Below, one piece after another: positions 29,406-39,089 of a stretch of 64,000 nt of DNA. The notes beneath the pieces were generated by a model that searched no databases, was not told where the DNA came from, and was given only the letters and a program-made list of their open reading frames with translations. The stretch spans positions 2,655-66,654 of the forward strand of contig JAKQEP010000126.1 of the NCBI GenBank assembly GCA_029556475.1. Reading direction: 5' to 3'. The number at the start of each line of letters is the position of its first letter. The stretch's first letter is position 1. Both the position numbers and the translations under genes were made by a program. The stretch comes from Candidatus Atribacteria bacterium. Its GTDB lineage: Bacteria; Atribacterota; Phoenicimicrobiia; Phoenicimicrobiales; Stramentimicrobiaceae.

Positions 29406-29657
29406 TTATTTCTCAACATCTCTGGAATAATGATCATTTTTGGAACTTTTCACCCGATCACTCAATGCTTTAATAAAAAGTAATCCCAGGCCTACCATTG
29501 TTGCCAATCCGATAATCCCCAGCCAGGTATTCTGAAACATTCCCACCATCCAGGCTATTATCCAGGCTATAGCGGCAATAATTAAAATAGCATAACCGGT
29601 CTTTTCCATATCGCTAACCTCTTCTTTAAATATTGTCTTCTTTCTTAAAGATAACAC
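29406..29657 (-). CDS. Small membrane protein, hypothetical (two TM helices)
   Basis: 83 aa ORF between the oxidoreductase and ybjQ; a hydrophobic core AILIIAAIAWIIAWMVGMF...GLLFI. Confidence 0.4.
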   Translation of the reverse strand: MLSLRKKTIFKEEVSDMEKTGYAILIIAAIAWIIAWMVGMFQNTWLGIIGLATMVGLGLLFIKALSDRVKSSKNDHYSRDVEK

Positions 29658-29696
29658 CCAATAAAATGAGTTTTACCACCCTTCCTATCCCCATCT

Positions 29697-31094
29697 TTAA
29701 TCTGTCGATTCTTCAAATAGAATATTTAATGCCTCAGAAATACTGGGATGTGAAAATATAGCATCACGGAGTACGGTATATGGTAATCCGGCAAGCATAG
29801 CAACCTGTAAAATAGCCATTACCTCACCACCTTCCAGACCTAAAATCGCTGCACCAAGAATTTGATTGTTTTTGGAATTGACAATTGCCTTCATTATACC
29901 CGCTGTTTCTCCTGTTTCAATAGCACGGGCCACCCAGCTCATAGGTATTTTGAACACTTTATAATCATATCCGCCCTCTCTTGCCGCTTTTTCGGTCATA
30001 CCAATACGGCCCAGCTGTGGGTCTATAAAAACTACATAGGGCAATTGTCTTCCCGAGGTAGTGGCATTACCATTTTGTAAAATATTTTTACTTATAATCC
30101 TGTAGTCATCATAAGAGATGTGAGTAAACTGCGGTTCTCCATTAACATCTCCTATGGCAAATATACCCGGAACTTCCGTCTCCAAACGATTATTGACCGG
30201 AATAAAACCACGTTGTTCTGTTTTGATTCCGGTAGTTTCAAGGTTTAAATTAGAACTATTGGGAACCCTTCCTGTGGCAACCAATAGATGGCTGCCCTCA
30301 ACAGTCTGCTCTTTCTTATCTTTGATGAAGGTTAATACAATCTCTCCATTTTGGGATGTTTGGACCTGCTCTGTTTTGGCACTAAGTAATATTTCAATCC
30401 CTTCCCCCTTCAGGATAGATGTTACTTCTTCGGCTATATCTGAATCCTCATTGGGAAGCAGTTGTCCATCCAATTGTATGATGGTCACTTTACTGCCCAA
30501 TCTTCTAAACATCTGCCCAAATTCCAGACCAATATACCCTCCACCTATTACCAAGAGATGCCGGGGTAATTCTTTTATTTCCATTATCGATGTTGAATTA
30601 TAATATTTTGTTGTTTCCAAACCCTTTATTGGGGGTACAGAAGGACTGGCACCGGTATTAATTACTATTAAATCGGACTTAATTGAGGATTTTTCTCCAT
30701 TTTTCATACTTACTTCTAAAAGTTTTTTACCGATAAAACGTGCTTCGCCTTCCATCAAGGTTAGTCCTTTTGTAGATAACAATTGCTTTTTAAGCCCATT
30801 TCTGAAGCTCTCTACTACTTCCTTCTTGCGTTCTACAATTTTTAACAAATCAACCAATTCTATATTAGAGTTAATGCCAAACTCCCCAGCCCTGCTCACC
30901 AGGTGAGCAACTCTGGCTGAGGCAATCATAGTTTTGGTAGGGGTACAGGCAATATTAATACAGGAACCGCCTACATGCCAGCGCTCTACCAGTGCAACCT
31001 TCCAACTAGATCTGGCCAGTTCCATAGCCAGTGGGGTTCCCCCCTGACCTGAACCAACAATTATTGCATCAAAATTTTCAAATTCATTATTCAT
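29697..31094 (-). CDS. FAD-dependent pyridine nucleotide-disulfide oxidoreductase, dihydrolipoamide dehydrogenase-like
   Basis: GSGQGG FAD-binding fold, redox-active CxxxxC (GGSCINIACTPTK), NAD-binding GGGYIG, C-terminal HPSISE His-Glu dyad region. Confidence 0.75.
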   Translation of the reverse strand: MNNEFENFDAIIVGSGQGGTPLAMELARSSWKVALVERWHVGGSCINIACTPTKTMIASARVAHLVSRAGEFGINSNIELVDLLKIVERKKEVVESFRNGLKKQLLSTKGLTLMEGEARFIGKKLLEVSMKNGEKSSIKSDLIVINTGASPSVPPIKGLETTKYYNSTSIMEIKELPRHLLVIGGGYIGLEFGQMFRRLGSKVTIIQLDGQLLPNEDSDIAEEVTSILKGEGIEILLSAKTEQVQTSQNGEIVLTFIKDKKEQTVEGSHLLVATGRVPNSSNLNLETTGIKTEQRGFIPVNNRLETEVPGIFAIGDVNGEPQFTHISYDDYRIISKNILQNGNATTSGRQLPYVVFIDPQLGRIGMTEKAAREGGYDYKVFKIPMSWVARAIETGETAGIMKAIVNSKNNQILGAAILGLEGGEVMAILQVAMLAGLPYTVLRDAIFSHPSISEALNILFEESTD

Positions 31095-31305
31095 TTTTAA
31101 ATCCTCCTTACTGAAATACTGATTAATACCATATCAGACAAACTAATATAGGTTGTGAACACGTCTTATATTATACCATTATTCATACCCTACAGTATCT
31201 TTTCTAAACTTCTATATATTTTTGTGAACCTTTATTCAAGCCCTTGCTTTCATTATAAGACATTTTTTGTTATACTCTTTTTAAAAGAACAAAGGGGGTT
31301 TATTT

Positions 31306-32253
31306 ATGAAAAGGTTTTTTATTTTTCTGACCATACTTTTTATATCTTTAAATTTAGTAGCCTGTAATAATGAACAGGGTAAGGAGGAGGCTAAAAAAGG
31401 ACCGGTAACTATTGGTACTTTTATTGACAGCGAAGGTGCCGTTCTGGGAAAGATGATGGTAATGTTATTGGAGCAGGAAGGCTATGAAGTCATTGATAAA
31501 ACAGAATTTGGAACACCAGATATATTAAGAAAGGCACTGCTGGCAGGCGAAGTCAATTTAGTGCTCGATTATACCGGTTCCGGTCAGTATTACCATGATG
31601 TTGAAGACATTGATACTGACATATGGTCAGATGCCAGAGAGGGATATCTACTCACCAAAAAGTTAGATGAAGAAGAAAATAATATCATCTGGTTAGAACC
31701 TGCCCAGGCGAATAATACCGAAGCACTGGCAGTAAGAAGAGAATTTTCTGAAGCCCATAATATCAAAGACATGGAAGACCTGGCCAGATATGTTAAAGAA
31801 GGAGGGGAAGTAAAACTTATCTGTTCAGTTTCTTTTGCAGAAAATATAAAAGGTTTGAGAGGGTTTGAAGAGGCATACGGGTTTCATCTCAGTGCAGATC
31901 AGATTATTGCACTCGCCTCTGGAAATACGGCAGAAATGCTCAAAGCTCTGGTGGAAATGACCAATGGTGTTAATGTATCCCTGGTATATGGCACAGATGG
32001 TGCCTTAGACAAGATGGACCTTGTGGTATTGGATGACCCTAAAAGCATTCCCCCGGTCTACCTGCCTGCCCCTGTTCTACAGGGAGCCTTATATGAAAAA
32101 TATCCGGAAATTGAAAAACCGTTAAATAGATTATTCCAGAGCCTAAATGAAAATAACCTGAGACAGCTAAATTCAAAGGTAGCCTATGATGGTATGGCAG
32201 CAGAGGCGGTTGCCCGGGAATATCTTGAGGAGAATGAATTGTTAATCAAGTAA
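31306..32253 (+). CDS. Glycine betaine/choline ABC transporter substrate-binding lipoprotein (OpuAC/ProX-like)
   Basis: Lipoprotein signal LNLVAC; OpuAC-type fold; first gene of an Opu-type operon. Confidence 0.7.
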   Translation: MKRFFIFLTILFISLNLVACNNEQGKEEAKKGPVTIGTFIDSEGAVLGKMMVMLLEQEGYEVIDKTEFGTPDILRKALLAGEVNLVLDYTGSGQYYHDVEDIDTDIWSDAREGYLLTKKLDEEENNIIWLEPAQANNTEALAVRREFSEAHNIKDMEDLARYVKEGGEVKLICSVSFAENIKGLRGFEEAYGFHLSADQIIALASGNTAEMLKALVEMTNGVNVSLVYGTDGALDKMDLVVLDDPKSIPPVYLPAPVLQGALYEKYPEIEKPLNRLFQSLNENNLRQLNSKVAYDGMAAEAVAREYLEENELLIK

Positions 32254-32270
32254 AGGGTAAAGGGTTTCAT

Positions 32271-33437
32271 ATGCCTGATTCCGGAAAGAAAATCTCTATT
32301 CTGGGAGCATTTATTCTAATTCTTTCTTTTCTTTTACTGAGTTTTGCAGAATATAGACCCAACAGAGTACTCAGTGGAACCAATATTGGTGCCAGGGAAC
32401 TTTTTGGCAGTGGTTGTTTCTTACTGATATTTCTCTCTATACTAATTATCTTCCTAATCATTACCAACCATAAAGGGCATAAACTAATCATTACTGTAAC
32501 CTCACTTCTTATAATGGGATTAGTCTTATATCTATTTGGAATAGCCATAGAAAAAGAAACCTTTAATATAATTCCAAATGGTAGAATATCTTTAGGAATA
32601 GGGTTCTGGGCCATTTTTTTGGGTATGGAGATGGTAATGAGTGGATGCTTCAAGGGTGACAAAAAGTGTATATTATACAGAAGGGTTTTTTATACCATAC
32701 TTTTTTTGATGGTTTTTGTTTTTCTGCTCAGCGGTCATCTAAATAATCTTTCTATCATGAAAGAATTTTTCAATAGAAGTAACACTTTTTTCAGGCAGAT
32801 TAGACGACATTTTTCTCTATCACTATTTTCTGTTATAGCAGGTTTAATTATAGGTATTCCCATAGGTGTACTTATTTATAAAGAGAGAAAAATGAAGAGT
32901 ACAATTCTTTTTCTAATTAATCTGGGGCAGACCATCCCTACCCTATCATTGTTGGGCATAATCATGGTACCTCTTTCACTACTCAGTCAGCAGAACAAAT
33001 TTTTAAAAGATATGGGCATAAGCGGGGTGGGATTTACTCCCGCTTTTATTGTTCTGGTCATATATGCTCTTTTTCCTGTAGTCCATAACACCATTGCCGG
33101 ATTAAAAATGATTGACTATGAACTGCTGGAAACAGCAGCCGGTTTAGGCATGAAGAATAATACAATTTTCTGGAAGATACAGCTCCCCCTATCCCTGCCA
33201 ATTATCCTGGGGGGTATCAGAATAGCGATAACTCAGTCTATTGGCAATACTATTTTAGCCGGGCTTATCGGGGGTGGAGGGTTGGGCAGTATTATCTTCC
33301 TGGGTTTAGCCCAGGCTGCTCCGGACTTGATATTGTTGGGTGTTATCCCTCTCATTGCCATGGCTTTTCTTATGGATTCAGTAATTTCATTTCTTATCTT
33401 TTATTATAAGAAGAGGTATTTGGGGTTAGCAGAATGA
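32271..33437 (+). CDS. Osmoprotectant ABC transporter permease (ProW/OpuAB-like) with ~170-aa extra N-terminal membrane domain
   Basis: C-terminal 210 aa match BPD-type permease (EAA-like ...[17 protein letters not shown]...). The N-terminal part is an additional 4-5 TM segment. Confidence 0.7.
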   Translation: MPDSGKKISILGAFILILSFLLLSFAEYRPNRVLSGTNIGARELFGSGCFLLIFLSILIIFLIITNHKGHKLIITVTSLLIMGLVLYLFGIAIEKETFNIIPNGRISLGIGFWAIFLGMEMVMSGCFKGDKKCILYRRVFYTILFLMVFVFLLSGHLNNLSIMKEFFNRSNTFFRQIRRHFSLSLFSVIAGLIIGIPIGVLIYKERKMKSTILFLINLGQTIPTLSLLGIIMVPLSLLSQQNKFLKDMGISGVGFTPAFIVLVIYALFPVVHNTIAGLKMIDYELLETAAGLGMKNNTIFWKIQLPLSLPIILGGIRIAITQSIGNTILAGLIGGGGLGSIIFLGLAQAAPDLILLGVIPLIAMAFLMDSVISFLIFYYKKRYLGLAE

Positions 33438-34390
33438 TAGAGCTTAAGAATGTAACCAAAAAGTATAATGATATCACTGCTTTGAAGAATTTTAGTTTAC
33501 AAATTCCTGAAGGAATTCTACAGGTACTGCTGGGTCCATCTGGCTGCGGAAAATCAACCGTAATAAAACTTATCAATCACCTCATTGAACCTACCTCAGG
33601 GGAGATATATATAAATAATAAGAATATAAATGAGTTCAATCTTATCAATCTCAGGAGAGGTATAGGTTATGTTATTCAAAGTATTGGGCTTTTCCCCCAT
33701 TATAATGTCTATGAAAATATTGTTATCGTTCCACGGCTGCTCAAATGGACAAAAAATGATATCGACCGGCGGGTTGATTATCTTCTGGACCTGGTAGGAT
33801 TAAATAGAAATTATAAGAAGAAATACCCTTTCGAACTATCTGGAGGAGAGGGACAGAGGGTTGGTGTGGCAAGGGCACTGGCAGCAGACCCTCCTATATT
33901 GCTCATGGATGAGCCCTTTGGTTCAGTAGATCCTCTGAATAGAGAGAGATTACAAAAAGAATTTTACAGAATTCAAAGAGAACTCAAAAAAACTGTTCTA
34001 TTTGTGACACATGATGTGGAAGAGGCTATCAGACTGGCTGATAATATAGCAGTGATGAAACCAGGTCAATTGGCCTCTCTGGGAAGTCCATGGGATTTTG
34101 TTACAGACGATAAAGAAGATTATGTAAAAGAATTTTTGGGAAGTGAATATACCCTGAAGCTTTTAACCAGGTTTATGGTACAGGATATACTGGTGCAAGA
34201 AAAGATTAAGAGTAAAGGCTATATACATGGTTTTCAGGTTAAAAAGGAAAATACCCTTTCCAGTGCGCTCTCTTTAATGATTTCTAAGGGAATTGATTCT
34301 TTAGAAGTCATAGATGAGCAAGAGAAGATTGTCGGCTCTATAACCTTTGAAGATATTCTAAAGAATGTTTTTAGAGATACAAGAAAATGA
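33434..34390 (+). CDS. Osmoprotectant ABC transporter ATP-binding protein (ProV/OpuAA-like with C-terminal CBS-type regulatory region)
   Basis: Walker [30 protein letters not shown]; overlaps the upstream gene by 4 nt. Confidence 0.85.
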   Translation: MIELKNVTKKYNDITALKNFSLQIPEGILQVLLGPSGCGKSTVIKLINHLIEPTSGEIYINNKNINEFNLINLRRGIGYVIQSIGLFPHYNVYENIVIVPRLLKWTKNDIDRRVDYLLDLVGLNRNYKKKYPFELSGGEGQRVGVARALAADPPILLMDEPFGSVDPLNRERLQKEFYRIQRELKKTVLFVTHDVEEAIRLADNIAVMKPGQLASLGSPWDFVTDDKEDYVKEFLGSEYTLKLLTRFMVQDILVQEKIKSKGYIHGFQVKKENTLSSALSLMISKGIDSLEVIDEQEKIVGSITFEDILKNVFRDTRK

Positions 34391-35133
34391 AAAAAATAAA
34401 ACAACCATTTTTTATTGTTACTGCCCTACTTTTTGCCTTCTTTCTTATCAGTATTTTAAGATTTGATATCATTGAGAATGTTCTTGTCCTTCTTGTAAAA
34501 CCAAAAAGTTTTTTTCTAGCCAGAGTAAGTTTAGTCGAAATTGCTAAACAACATATCTTTATTGTAATCATTTCCAGTTCTCTATCAATCATTATTGCAC
34601 TTACCATCGCTATCTTAACCCGGTTCCCCTTCATGAGTGATTTTGAAGAATTCTTATTAGGGCTGGCCACCTTCGGACAGACCATTCCCACAGTTGCCAT
34701 ACTTGCCCTTTTGGTTCCTTTCTTAGGATATGGCTTCAAACCGGCCCTCTTTGCTCTATTTGTATATGGGTTCTTACCGGTATTGAGAAATACCATTGAG
34801 GGATTTAATACTATACCTGAGGAGATAAGAGAATCTGCTCGGGCAATGGGAATGAATAGATTTCAGATTATCACCAGAGTTGAGTTACCACTTGCCCTTC
34901 CGGCAATTTTAGCAGGAATTAGAATATCCTTGATACTCAATATCAGTGTGGCAACCATAGGTGCGACTGTGGGACTGAGCGGATTTGGCACACTGATAGT
35001 AAATGGAATTAGAGGTGATGATACCATCATGATTCTGAAAGGAGCAATCCCGGTTTCTCTGCTGGCTCTTGCAGTAGAAAGTCTTTTTATTATTTTAGAA
35101 AAGAGATTTCGATTATCAGCAATATCAGAATAA
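34387..35133 (+). CDS. Osmoprotectant ABC transporter permease (second permease, OpuBB/OpuCD-like)
   Basis: BPD permease motifs (...[24 protein letters not shown]...). Confidence 0.8.
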   Translation: MKKIKQPFFIVTALLFAFFLISILRFDIIENVLVLLVKPKSFFLARVSLVEIAKQHIFIVIISSSLSIIIALTIAILTRFPFMSDFEEFLLGLATFGQTIPTVAILALLVPFLGYGFKPALFALFVYGFLPVLRNTIEGFNTIPEEIRESARAMGMNRFQIITRVELPLALPAILAGIRISLILNISVATIGATVGLSGFGTLIVNGIRGDDTIMILKGAIPVSLLALAVESLFIILEKRFRLSAISE

Positions 35134-35136
35134 CCT

Positions 35137-36411
35137 TTAGGTAAGAACAACTGGCTGTTTTTTCAGTGGTAAAAAAAGAAAAGACATACCGATAATAACA
35201 AAACTATATATTAACCAGCTATATCTATAAGAACCATTTATATCGGCAATCAGCCCAAAAATTGGCGGAGATACAATCATGGCACCCCTGACAAACAATA
35301 GAGCTAACCCAGTAGCAGTACCAGAATGCCTCTCTCCGGCAACTTCTCCCACAGTGGTCAGATACGCCCCAGTCCATCCTAATACTAAAAAACCAAACAG
35401 GAAAGAAAGGAAAAAAACTAAAATCTGATTTAAAAAAGGGCGGCATACAAAAAGACCGAAAAATAAATATATAAATCCTGAAGATAATCCAATCAGGAAA
35501 ATACCGAAACGCCGGTCTATTCTAAAAAATCGGTCAGAGAAGAATCCCCACCCTAAAAGCCCGGCCATTCCTCCAAGATGAAGAGCTGCAAAGTTCAAAC
35601 CAGCAGCTACCTTACTTATCATTAGATCATCAGTTAAAAATACCACAAAATGGGCAAGTAGAGCTCCTTCTGAAATGCCAAACAACATTCCCGAAAAGCA
35701 AATCCTGAATAAAAGCTTATCTGCTATGATGAAAGAGAGATGCTCTCGAAAGGTATCTTTTTTACTTTTTTTATCTTCAGGCTTATGAATTGTGTTTTTA
35801 TCATTTTCATTATCATGATATAGTTTGTACACCCATAAGCCAGTTAACAGAACGGCCCCTGCAGCAATCTGAACAGCAGCTCTCCAGCCCATTTTTTCCC
35901 CTAAAAAAGGCAGAATGCTTGCTCCCAGGATCCCCCCCATGCCAAACCCTGACTGGGTAAATCCCATTGAAAAAGCTCTCTTTTCCCGAGGAGTGGCAAG
36001 CATAACTGCCTTTGTGGCAGATGGTGTAATAATGCTGAACCCTAATCCGGACAAAAAGGATAATATTAAAATAACACTATAGAGAGAAGAAAGTCCCTGG
36101 AGTGATAGTAAAATCCCCAGACTTCCAATTCCTAAAAGTATACTCTTTTTTGGTCCAAAAGAATCTACAATATTACCGCTGAATACAGAAAGAAATGATG
36201 CACTGATAAAAAAGAAAGTGGAATAATATCCAACTTGAACACGTGAAAGGTCAAACTCATCACGAATAAAAGGAAGTAATCCCAAAAAACCGTTCTGTGC
36301 TACACTTAAGGCCAAATAGGGGAGAAAAAGTGCAATCAATATTCTTATAAGATTATAGTCTCTGGCAGTATTTTTTTTGCTCTCAGGAGAATTATTTAGT
36401 GTGTTTTCCAT
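35137..36411 (-). CDS. MFS transporter
   Basis: 424 aa, 12 predicted TM helices, MFS-type loop motifs. Confidence 0.7.
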   Translation of the reverse strand: MENTLNNSPESKKNTARDYNLIRILIALFLPYLALSVAQNGFLGLLPFIRDEFDLSRVQVGYYSTFFFISASFLSVFSGNIVDSFGPKKSILLGIGSLGILLSLQGLSSLYSVILILSFLSGLGFSIITPSATKAVMLATPREKRAFSMGFTQSGFGMGGILGASILPFLGEKMGWRAAVQIAAGAVLLTGLWVYKLYHDNENDKNTIHKPEDKKSKKDTFREHLSFIIADKLLFRICFSGMLFGISEGALLAHFVVFLTDDLMISKVAAGLNFAALHLGGMAGLLGWGFFSDRFFRIDRRFGIFLIGLSSGFIYLFFGLFVCRPFLNQILVFFLSFLFGFLVLGWTGAYLTTVGEVAGERHSGTATGLALLFVRGAMIVSPPIFGLIADINGSYRYSWLIYSFVIIGMSFLFLPLKKQPVVLT

Positions 36412-36663
36412 AGTTTTATTATTTATGTATTTTTATTTTATAATTTTATTTTTATCCCTAAATTTTCTAATAAATATACAACGTCTCCCTTTCTTTGTTA
36501 TTCTATCATCATAGTAATGAAAGGCAAATTTTTCTCCTATTTTTTTATCTATTTATCCTTCTAACATATTCAATACATTTGTTACGGGGAATTATATTTT
36601 TGCATAGTAATGTATTAGATTAAGAATTAGGAGCATTCTTGAGTAAGAGTATTTAAGAATAAA

Positions 36664-37581
36664 TCATTCCTGTTCCCGCAATTCACTCTTCAAATTCGAT
36701 AGATAGAAGATGCCCACCATTATGATGAAAAATCCACTCAGTTGATAAAAATCAGGCACTTCTTTTAAGATAAAGCGAGCCAGGATTATAGATATCGCAG
36801 GATAAATTGAAATTATAGCACTGGCTTTGGAAAGATTAATTCGTTTTATAGCTCCATAAAAGGTTATATAACTTAATGCATATACCACGATGCCAAAAAA
36901 GATAAAAATGCCAAGAATATCTGGATGAGTCAGTGTATTAAACTCATTCGCATCAATACACTGATAGAGAAAAAACAAGATGGTTCCGCCATAAAAAGTC
37001 CTTCCTGCGGCAAGAAAAAGAGGGTTTAGCTCAGTTTTATTCAGTAATCGCTTGCTAAAATAATGACCGGTCTGGTAGCAGAGAGGGGTTAGCAGAATCA
37101 AAATATCACCCCAATTTAAGCGGGAAGTTCCCTGATAAATAACCAGCAGGGTGCCAAAAAGGATAAGTAAAGTGGAAAAAATCTGTCTTATGGTTATTCT
37201 TTCTTTAAGAAGGAGATACCCTATTACCAGGGCATAAATGGGTTCTACCTGTAATAAAATAGCGGAGTTAATGCCGCTGGTTAACCTGACACCATAAAAA
37301 AACAGAATGTTGGACAGAGTTGTTCCAAAAAATCCAATCAAAATTAATAAAAGAAAATACCTTTTATTAATTAACTTAACCAGTGGTTCTTTTTTAAATA
37401 AGATGACAAAAATTAAACCTGCTGCAGCAATAAGGTTGGTTAAACTGGCAAAAAAAAGCGGGGACACCAATGAAACACCATACTTACCCAATATGGGATG
37501 GGTGCCATGAATTAAAGCACATATAATTACCAGTATAACCCCTTCCCGTTCTTTTTTGTCCATAATCTTCTCTTTCTGCAT
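36664..37581 (-). CDS. EamA/DMT family transporter
   Basis: 305 aa, 10 TM helices, duplicated EamA domains. Confidence 0.7.
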   Translation of the reverse strand: MQKEKIMDKKEREGVILVIICALIHGTHPILGKYGVSLVSPLFFASLTNLIAAAGLIFVILFKKEPLVKLINKRYFLLLILIGFFGTTLSNILFFYGVRLTSGINSAILLQVEPIYALVIGYLLLKERITIRQIFSTLLILFGTLLVIYQGTSRLNWGDILILLTPLCYQTGHYFSKRLLNKTELNPLFLAAGRTFYGGTILFFLYQCIDANEFNTLTHPDILGIFIFFGIVVYALSYITFYGAIKRINLSKASAIISIYPAISIILARFILKEVPDFYQLSGFFIIMVGIFYLSNLKSELREQE

Positions 37582-37592
37582 TTTGTAATGAA

Positions 37593-38702
37593 CTAATATT
37601 TTAGTGGTTCCCTATAAGGCAATTCTGTACCATCAGGTTTGATTCTCACCTTTCCTAGTTCTATTTGAGCAATGTTTCCCAGCGAAAGAGAGGCGGGTAC
37701 CAAAAAAGTATTCCTTTTCTCCGCTACATCAATCCTTTTTACTATTCCTAAACCGATACTGAGTCCCTCTGCATTATTAAGGGAAGCCAGTATATTTTGA
37801 AACCAATGAGGAAAAATCAAGACAACCTGTTCTACCTGAAGATACCTCTTAATTTTAATAAAAGTGGCTTTATCGGGGATATTTTGTGGATCCGGTAAAA
37901 TTAGAATGGCTCTGCTTCCAATTACTTCTAAAAATATTATTTCCAGTTTAAAGATTTGCCCGATTGATTCAGCTATATTATTATCTGAACAAAAACTGAG
38001 ACCAAAGTTAAAATCCTTCATTACCATAGTTGAAAAATCAATCTCTTTAACTTGTAAACCCTTAAAATAGAGGTTAAACTGTTTTTCCCTCCTTGACTTT
38101 CTGTCCCTCCAGTTTCTTTCAACAATATTGGGATATGGTGTAATACGATAAGTATGGATGAGAGATTGAGAGACAAATTCGGATAAGATTGGTTCTAACT
38201 CCCTGTCAAATTGTAACGCCACCAGGGCGCTGGGGTGAATTTTCCTGATTAAATTTCCTTTTAAGTATTGTCCGACCCTCCCCATTACCAAACCTGTGGT
38301 ATCAATTAACAGGACATCAATTTTTTCCTTTTCAGCAATAGTGTAAAGTCTGTAAATCCTGTCCAGAAATCTATCGATACATTGCTCAGGAGATATGGCA
38401 CCAATGAAGTATATATAATCTACAGGGATTATACCATCTTTTAATCTATTTTTATCAGCAATACTCAGTCCGATGGTAGCAGGAGGGCCAAGAGTTGATT
38501 GCCCGATATCTGAATCAATTATTCCAATTTTACGATTTCTTCTTACTAGAAAACAGGTTAATAGTTTAATAAAACTGGTTTTCCCGGAATCTGTTTTTCC
38601 TAAAACTATTACCGTTCCTTCATGTTTCTGTATCTTTTGAATTACCGGTAGCCAATCTCCAGGCATAAACAACTCATCATTGCAGATATTAGAGTTAACC
38701 AT
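37593..38702 (-). CDS. Clp1/Grc3/Nol9-family P-loop polynucleotide 5'-hydroxyl-kinase homolog (bacterial)
   Basis: VIVLGKTDSGKTSF...KIGIIDSDIGQSTLGPPATIGLSI aligns with human CLP1 VMVVGPTDVGKSTV...[23 protein letters not shown] (Walker A plus the DxDxGQ clasp motif). A later IDTTGLVMG...ALVALQFDRE resembles CLP1 INTCGWVKG...VVVVLDQER. Lacks the eukaryotic N-terminal beta-sandwich. Confidence 0.5.
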   Translation of the reverse strand: MVNSNICNDELFMPGDWLPVIQKIQKHEGTVIVLGKTDSGKTSFIKLLTCFLVRRNRKIGIIDSDIGQSTLGPPATIGLSIADKNRLKDGIIPVDYIYFIGAISPEQCIDRFLDRIYRLYTIAEKEKIDVLLIDTTGLVMGRVGQYLKGNLIRKIHPSALVALQFDRELEPILSEFVSQSLIHTYRITPYPNIVERNWRDRKSRREKQFNLYFKGLQVKEIDFSTMVMKDFNFGLSFCSDNNIAESIGQIFKLEIIFLEVIGSRAILILPDPQNIPDKATFIKIKRYLQVEQVVLIFPHWFQNILASLNNAEGLSIGLGIVKRIDVAEKRNTFLVPASLSLGNIAQIELGKVRIKPDGTELPYREPLKY

Positions 38703-38738
38703 TATTATTTTCCTAAACTGAATTTACAAAGACAGGTG

Positions 38739-38996
38739 TTAAGAGATTATCTTGTATACTTCATCTCCTTCTCTTACTCTCTCCCTTACTTTAATACCAA
38801 TACAGTCTCCGGCTTGAGCAGAATTAATAGAGTTTCTGTCAATCTGCATTGAATCAATTTCCTGTTCAAAGTCGGTTGTATGCCCACTAAAGTACACGGT
38901 ATCTCCTACCCTTATTTCCCCGGAATCAATTTCAATAGCCGCAACACCGATTTTGGCAAAATAATCAACTATATGTCCGATTAACACCTTTTCCAT
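38739..38996 (-). CDS. Small beta-barrel protein (EF-Tu domain 2-like/translation-protein beta-barrel), hypothetical
   Basis: 85 aa; pattern GxIxVGDxVxFSG...AQAGDCIGIKV...GDEVYK typical of translation-factor-type beta barrels; 36 nt upstream of the Clp1-like gene. Confidence 0.4.
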   Translation of the reverse strand: MEKVLIGHIVDYFAKIGVAAIEIDSGEIRVGDTVYFSGHTTDFEQEIDSMQIDRNSINSAQAGDCIGIKVRERVREGDEVYKIIS

Positions 38997-39089
38997 CTTA
39001 ATACCCTCCTTCCCTTATTAAATTTTTTTCTTATTTCAAAAATAAAAAAACAGAACCTCTATTTTTGCCTGTCCCAACCCTGGCATAAA

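Noticed and set aside
32271-32780. N-terminal 170 aa of the Opu permease ORF as a separate small membrane-protein gene
   Set aside because: Reading frame is continuous with the permease and there is no internal stop or RBS before the MKEFF... Met. Kept as one fused gene, but flagged in findings.
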